NCBI RefSeq assembly: GCF_011808225.1
Contig: NZ_SOYS01000006.1
Coordinates: forward strand, 49,764-79,763
Origin: Cedecea colo
GTDB lineage: Bacteria > Pseudomonadota > Gammaproteobacteria > Enterobacterales > Enterobacteriaceae
Direction: 5' to 3'
DNA: 30,000 nucleotides
In this document: positions 25,451 to 30,000 of the stretch, one piece after another
How the letters are laid out: each line of letters starts with the position of its first letter
How positions within the stretch are numbered: position 1 is the stretch's first letter
The notes under the pieces: generated by a model
What the model saw: the letters and a program-made list of their open reading frames with translations, nothing else
Told to the model about the DNA's origin: nothing
The model's database searches: none
Made by a program: the position numbers and the translations under genes

Positions 25451-25822
25451 CGAGGTACAGCTCAACCAATCCTTCAAACGTCAACTCTACCGCTTTCGGT
25501 TTTTGACTCTTTTCTAATAACCGTTATTTCTCATCTTTCAGCCCAGACGCCGGGCAGCGCCCTTCACTTCTGATTAGCTTGAGTACTTGCAACTTCATAC
25601 GAGCCATTGCAAGCGAGGTTTGCGGGAAGCTTCCAATTTTTACCTGTGACAGCTTATTACTCACTGGGCTAGTATAGCGGTAGAAAAAGGTCTTGATATC
25701 CAAAGCGCCGCAAGTCACATGCAAGCCCTGGTTTTCACCCGTATCGATCTCTTTTTCCCTGTAGGCTTCAGCCTTTCGATAGCTTTGGATGACAACGGTT
25801 TACCTGCTGGTTTATGCGTCAT
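25451..25822 (-). pseudogene. Decayed N-terminal ~124 codons of a P4-type tyrosine integrase (DUF4102 arm-binding domain plus start of SAM-like domain)
   Basis: From the ATG at 25822 it reads MTHKPAGKPLSSKAIERLKPTGKK, then a frameshift in a homopolymer run (25752-25756). It continues EIDTGENQGLHVTCGALDIKTFFYRYTSPVSNKLSQVKIGSFPQTSLAMARMKLQVLKLIRSEG..P, then an in-frame TAA at 25524-25526, then RLLEKSQKPKAVELTFEGLVELYLE. Homology ends at the IS fragment. The catalytic domain is absent. Confidence 0.65.
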
Positions 25823-26018
25823 ATAAGTCTCATTTTATGGCTAACCGGTTGATTTACGCACTTTTATTGCCAAATGTAGGTTGGGCGTTTATTCAGCGCG
25901 ATGACATAATAACCTGCACTTACAGGCGGGCTTTGGCGATTATTTATGAAACAACGTGATACTTAATGATAATAACTAAAATCACAATTCACTTTAAATT
26001 CAATGGAATAAGCAAATC

Positions 26019-28586
26019 ATGTCTATGATTGACAATAAGAACCTGGACTCCCACACGCCGATGATGCAGCAGTACCTGCGCCTGAAAGCGCAGCACCCTG
26101 ACATCCTGCTTTTTTACCGCATGGGAGACTTTTACGAGCTGTTTTATGACGATGCGAAACGCGCATCGCAACTGCTGGATATCTCCCTGACCAAACGCGG
26201 CGCCTCGGCAGGTGAACCTATCCCGATGGCGGGCGTGCCGCATCATGCCGTAGAAAACTATCTGGCGAAGCTGGTTAATCTCGGCGAGTCCGCCGCCATT
26301 TGCGAGCAGATTGGCGATCCGGCGACCAGCAAAGGGCCGGTTGAGCGAAAAGTGGTGCGCATCGTTACGCCCGGCACCATCAGCGATGAAGCGTTATTGC
26401 AGGAGCGTCAGGATAACCTGCTGGCTGCCATCTGGCAGGACGGTAAAGGTTTTGGCTACGCGACGCTGGATATCAGCTCTGGCCGTTTCCGCCTGAGCGA
26501 GCCGGAAGATGCAGAAACCATGGCGGCTGAGCTACAGCGCACCAATCCAGCCGAACTGCTGTATGCCGAAGACTTTGCCGAAATGCGCCTGATTGAAGGC
26601 CGCCGTGGCCTGCGCCGCCGCCCGCTGTGGGAGTTCGAAATTGAAACGGCGCGCCAGCAGTTAAATATGCAGTTTGGCACGCGGGATCTCACCGGCTTTG
26701 GCGTCGAAAAGGCTCATCATGCCTTATGCGCTGCGGGTTGCCTGTTGCAATACGTGAAGGACACGCAGCGCACGTCCCTGCCCCATATTCGCTCCGTCAC
26801 GATGGACAAGCAGCAGGACAGCATCATTATGGATGCCGCCACGCGCCGTAACCTGGAAATTACGCAGAACCTGGCGGGTGGATTTGAAAATACGCTGGCC
26901 TCGGTGCTCGACTGCACCGTTACGCCAATGGGCAGCCGCATGCTCAAACGCTGGCTGCATATGCCGGTACGTAGCATCGACGTGCTGCAAAAACGTCAGC
27001 GTACCATCGCAGCCCTGCAGGATCGTACCGCTGAGATCCAGCCGGTTTTACGTCAGGTTGGCGATCTGGAACGCATTCTGGCCCGGCTTGCGTTACGTAC
27101 TGCGCGTCCCCGTGATCTGGCCCGTATGCGTTACGCCTTCCAGCAACTGCCTGAATTACGCGAGCTGCTGGCCGATGTGCCAACGGACTATGTACAAACG
27201 CTGCGTGAAAACATGGGCGAGTTTACTGAATTACGTGAGCTGCTTGAGCGCGCGGTTATTGAATCCCCACCCGTTCTGGTCCGCGACGGCGGCGTAATCG
27301 CCCCTGGCTACAACGAAGAGCTGGACGAGTGGCGTGCGCTGGCGGATGGCGCAACGGATTATCTTGATAAGCTGGAAATTCGCGAACGTGAGAAGCTGGG
27401 GCTGGATACGCTGAAAGTCGGCTTTAACGCTGTACATGGCTACTATATCCAGATCAGCCGCGGGCAGAGCCACCATGCGCCGATTCACTACGTTCGCCGC
27501 CAGACGCTGAAAAATGCCGAACGCTACATCATTCCTGAGCTTAAAGAGTACGAGGACAAAGTCCTGACCTCGAAAGGCAAAGCGCTGGCGCTTGAGAAAC
27601 AGCTTTACGAGCAACTGTTCGACACGCTGCTGCCGCACCTTGAAGCGCTGCAAACCAGCGCCACTGCGCTGGCGGAACTCGACGTGCTGGTGAATCTGGC
27701 AGAACGCGCCTGGAGCCTGAATTACACCTGCCCACAGCTTACCGACAAGCCCGGTCTTAAAGTGGTTGGCGGCCGGCATCCGGTAGTTGAGAAAGTGCTG
27801 AGCGAGCCGTTTATCGCCAACCCGCTGACTCTTGCCCCGCAGCGCCGTATGCTGATTATTACCGGCCCGAACATGGGCGGTAAAAGCACCTATATGCGTC
27901 AGTCTGCGCTGATCGTGCTGCTCGCCTATATAGGAAGCTTTGTTCCGGCGCAGCAGGCGGAAATTGGCCCAATCGATCGTATCTTCACCCGCGTAGGCGC
28001 GGCGGACGATCTGGCTTCTGGCCGCTCCACCTTTATGGTGGAGATGACCGAAACGGCCAATATCCTGCATAACGCCACGGAAAATAGCCTGGTGCTGATG
28101 GATGAGATCGGGCGCGGCACATCAACCTATGACGGCCTGTCGCTGGCCTGGGCCTGCGCCGAAAGCCTGGCCAACCGCATCAAAGCCCTGACGCTGTTTG
28201 CCACGCACTACTTTGAGTTGACTACGCTGCCGGAAAAAATGGAAGGCGTTGCAAACGTGCATCTGGACGCGCTTGAGCATGGCGACACCATCGCCTTTAT
28301 GCACACCGTGCAGGAAGGCGCGGCAAGCAAAAGTTACGGTCTGGCCGTTGCCGCGCTGGCGGGCGTGCCGAAAGATGTGATCAAGCGTGCGCGCCAAAAG
28401 CTGCGGGAGCTTGAAACGCTTTCCAGCAACACGGCGGCAACCCAGGTGGACGGTACTCAGATGTCTTTGCTGTCGGTTGCCGAGGAGGCTTCGCCTGCGC
28501 TGGAAGCGCTGGAAGCGTTAGATGCGGATTCGCTGTCGCCACGTCAGGCGCTGGAGTGGATCTATCGTCTGAAAAGCCTGGTGTAG
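26019..28586 (+). CDS. mutS: DNA mismatch repair protein MutS
   Basis: 855 aa. [50 protein letters not shown], Walker [10 protein letters not shown], and collinearity with E. coli MutS throughout. Confidence 0.97.
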   Translation: MSMIDNKNLDSHTPMMQQYLRLKAQHPDILLFYRMGDFYELFYDDAKRASQLLDISLTKRGASAGEPIPMAGVPHHAVENYLAKLVNLGESAAICEQIGDPATSKGPVERKVVRIVTPGTISDEALLQERQDNLLAAIWQDGKGFGYATLDISSGRFRLSEPEDAETMAAELQRTNPAELLYAEDFAEMRLIEGRRGLRRRPLWEFEIETARQQLNMQFGTRDLTGFGVEKAHHALCAAGCLLQYVKDTQRTSLPHIRSVTMDKQQDSIIMDAATRRNLEITQNLAGGFENTLASVLDCTVTPMGSRMLKRWLHMPVRSIDVLQKRQRTIAALQDRTAEIQPVLRQVGDLERILARLALRTARPRDLARMRYAFQQLPELRELLADVPTDYVQTLRENMGEFTELRELLERAVIESPPVLVRDGGVIAPGYNEELDEWRALADGATDYLDKLEIREREKLGLDTLKVGFNAVHGYYIQISRGQSHHAPIHYVRRQTLKNAERYIIPELKEYEDKVLTSKGKALALEKQLYEQLFDTLLPHLEALQTSATALAELDVLVNLAERAWSLNYTCPQLTDKPGLKVVGGRHPVVEKVLSEPFIANPLTLAPQRRMLIITGPNMGGKSTYMRQSALIVLLAYIGSFVPAQQAEIGPIDRIFTRVGAADDLASGRSTFMVEMTETANILHNATENSLVLMDEIGRGTSTYDGLSLAWACAESLANRIKALTLFATHYFELTTLPEKMEGVANVHLDALEHGDTIAFMHTVQEGAASKSYGLAVAALAGVPKDVIKRARQKLRELETLSSNTAATQVDGTQMSLLSVAEEASPALEALEALDADSLSPRQALEWIYRLKSLV

Positions 28587-28600
28587 CAGCTTTCGGGCAT

Positions 28601-28634
28601 AAAAAAAGCGGTGATTTTCATCACCGCTTTTTTA
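28601..28634. terminator. Bidirectional rho-independent terminator shared by convergent mutS and rpoS
   Basis: AAAAAAAGCGGTGAT-TTTC-ATCACCGCTTTTTT has a 9-bp stem flanked by an A-run and a T-run. It occupies most of the 61-nt mutS-rpoS gap. Confidence 0.75.
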
Positions 28635-28647
28635 TATGAAACATCGA

Positions 28648-29640
28648 TTATTCGCGGAACAGCGCTTCGATATTCAGCCCCTGTGTCTGCAGAATTTCAC
28701 GCAGACGGCGCAGGCCTTCAACCTGAATCTGGCGGACACGTTCACGAGTCAGACCGATTTCACGACCCACGTCTTCAAGCGTTGCCGCTTCATAACCCAG
28801 CAGACCAAAACGACGAGCCAGCACTTCACGCTGCTTAGCGTTTAGTTCAAACAGCCACTTCACGATGCTTTGCTTCATATCATCGTCCTGCGTGGTGTCT
28901 TCCGGACCGTTGTCTTTTTCATCCGCAAGGATGTCGAGCAGCGCTTTCTCAGAGTCACCACCCAGCGGGGTGTCTACTGAGGTGATGCGTTCGTTGAGAC
29001 GCAGCATACGGCTGACATCATCAACCGGCCTATCCAGTTGCTCTGCGATCTCTTCCGCACTTGGCTCATGATCCAGCTTGTGGGAGAGTTCTCGAGCGGT
29101 ACGCAGATAAACGTTCAGCTCTTTCACAATATGAATCGGCAGGCGAATCGTACGGGTTTGGTTCATGATTGCCCGTTCGATGGTCTGACGAATCCACCAG
29201 GTGGCATAGGTTGAGAAACGGAACCCGCGTTCCGGGTCAAACTTCTCTACCGCGCGAATCAGCCCCAGGTTACCTTCTTCAATCAGATCCAGCAGCGCCA
29301 GACCACGATTGCTGTAACGACGGGCGATTTTCACCACCAGGCGCAGGTTACTTTCAATCATGCGTCGGCGGGAAGCGACATCACCACGCAGAGCGCGGCG
29401 AGCAAAATAGACTTCTTCTTCGGCTGTTAATAATGGGGAATAGCCGATCTCCCCAAGATAAAGCTGAGTCGCATCCAGCACACGCTGTGTGGCGCCCTGT
29501 GACAACAGCTCCTCTTCGGCAATGTCGTTATCACTGGGCTCCTCTTCTACAAGGGCTTTTTCATCAAAAGCCTCAACTCCGTTCTCATCAAATTCCGCAT
29601 CTTCGGTTAACTCATTAACTTTCAGCGTATTCTGACTCAT
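28648..29640 (-). CDS. rpoS: RNA polymerase sigma factor RpoS (sigma-38)
   Basis: 330 aa from [21 protein letters not shown], with only scattered substitutions relative to E. coli RpoS as recalled. The track ORF adds 12 non-native codons. Confidence 0.97.
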   Translation of the reverse strand: MSQNTLKVNELTEDAEFDENGVEAFDEKALVEEEPSDNDIAEEELLSQGATQRVLDATQLYLGEIGYSPLLTAEEEVYFARRALRGDVASRRRMIESNLRLVVKIARRYSNRGLALLDLIEEGNLGLIRAVEKFDPERGFRFSTYATWWIRQTIERAIMNQTRTIRLPIHIVKELNVYLRTARELSHKLDHEPSAEEIAEQLDRPVDDVSRMLRLNERITSVDTPLGGDSEKALLDILADEKDNGPEDTTQDDDMKQSIVKWLFELNAKQREVLARRFGLLGYEAATLEDVGREIGLTRERVRQIQVEGLRRLREILQTQGLNIEALFRE

Positions 29641-29698
29641 AAGGTGGCTCCTACCCGTGATCCCTGGGCAAAACACTTATAAGGCGTGTCTTGCCGGT

Positions 29699-30000
29699 TT
29701 ATCGCTGCGGTAAGTAACGCAGCGGGTTTACGGATTTCCCCTTGTAACGAATTTCAAAATGCAATCTTGTTGAACTGGTTCCGGTGCTACCCATGGTAGC
29801 TATCTTCTGCCCCGCCTTGATTTCTTCTTGTTCCCGGACCAGCATTGTATCGTTATGGGCGTAGGCACTCAGGTAATCATCGTTGTGTTTAATGATGATT
29901 AGATTACCGTAACCGCGCAGTGCGTTACCGGCATATACCACGCGGCCTGAAGCGGTCGCGACGATAGCCTGTCCTTTACTGCCTGAAATATCGATCCCTT
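29699..30000 (-). CDS. nlpD: Murein hydrolase activator NlpD, C-terminal LytM domain part; 5' end outside window
   Basis: ...[76 protein letters not shown] is the NlpD C-terminus. The frame stays open to the window edge, immediately upstream of rpoS as in E. coli. Confidence 0.9.
   Translation of the reverse strand, partial: GIDISGSKGQAIVATASGRVVYAGNALRGYGNLIIIKHNDDYLSAYAHNDTMLVREQEEIKAGQKIATMGSTGTSSTRLHFEIRYKGKSVNPLRYLPQR

Noticed and set aside
19740-25900. A search for direct repeats (att sites) flanking the accessory segment and for a tRNA or tmRNA integration target next to the integrase remnant.
   Set aside because: Only a 7-nt match (ACATAAT) is shared between the two borders, and no tRNA-like sequence lies near 25823-26018. 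The borders are better explained by deletions than by an intact integration module.
26311-28397. ORFs overlapping mutS, including the 279-aa antisense ORF 27231-28070.
   Set aside because: It lies entirely within the mutS coding region on the opposite strand. It gives an Arg/Gln/Phe-rich translation typical of antisense reading of a GC3-rich gene, with no SD or start context.
28611-29618. Plus-strand ORFs antisense to rpoS (75, 69, 68 and 149 aa).
   Set aside because: They lie inside the highly conserved rpoS coding region with no independent support.

Overview
Chromosomal segment of an Enterobacteriaceae genome (Klebsiella/Enterobacter-like; species not determinable here). It follows the E. 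coli K-12 backbone order emrA-emrB-luxS-micA-gshA-yqaA-yqaB-argQZYV-serV-csrA-alaS-recX-recA-pncC-mltB ... mutS-rpoS-nlpD. Gene order and K-12 comparisons are from memory, not a database search. Against that backbone I see four differences. (1) A long-form (Pseudomonas/actinobacterial-type) 2-isopropylmalate synthase plus an AraC-family regulator sits between emrB and luxS. (2) A metal ABC importer with a Zur-box-like operator lies between pncC and mltB, and it appears to start with an unannotated 39-codon membrane micro-ORF. (3) The mltB-mutS interval holds about 6.7 kb of visibly more AT-rich DNA (about 19.14-25.83 kb). This contains decayed efflux-operon fragments, a TetR-controlled six-gene operon (HPP membrane protein, tautomerase-superfamily protein, small cupin, family-I CoA-transferase, FAD/NAD(P)-binding protein, GST N-domain) that matches no pathway I recognise, and a decayed IS256-family transposase fragment abutting a decayed P4-type integrase fragment. 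(4) mutS and rpoS converge directly on one shared hairpin. The four-copy tRNA-Arg array has a strict ~273-bp period, and its long spacers carry degenerate tRNA-Arg relics and hairpins with compensatory substitutions. I found no CRISPR array, recognisable defence system, toxin-antitoxin pair or intact mobile element. The TetR-controlled operon is the best candidate for something undescribed, but it looks metabolic or detoxifying rather than a defence system, and its function is inference only.
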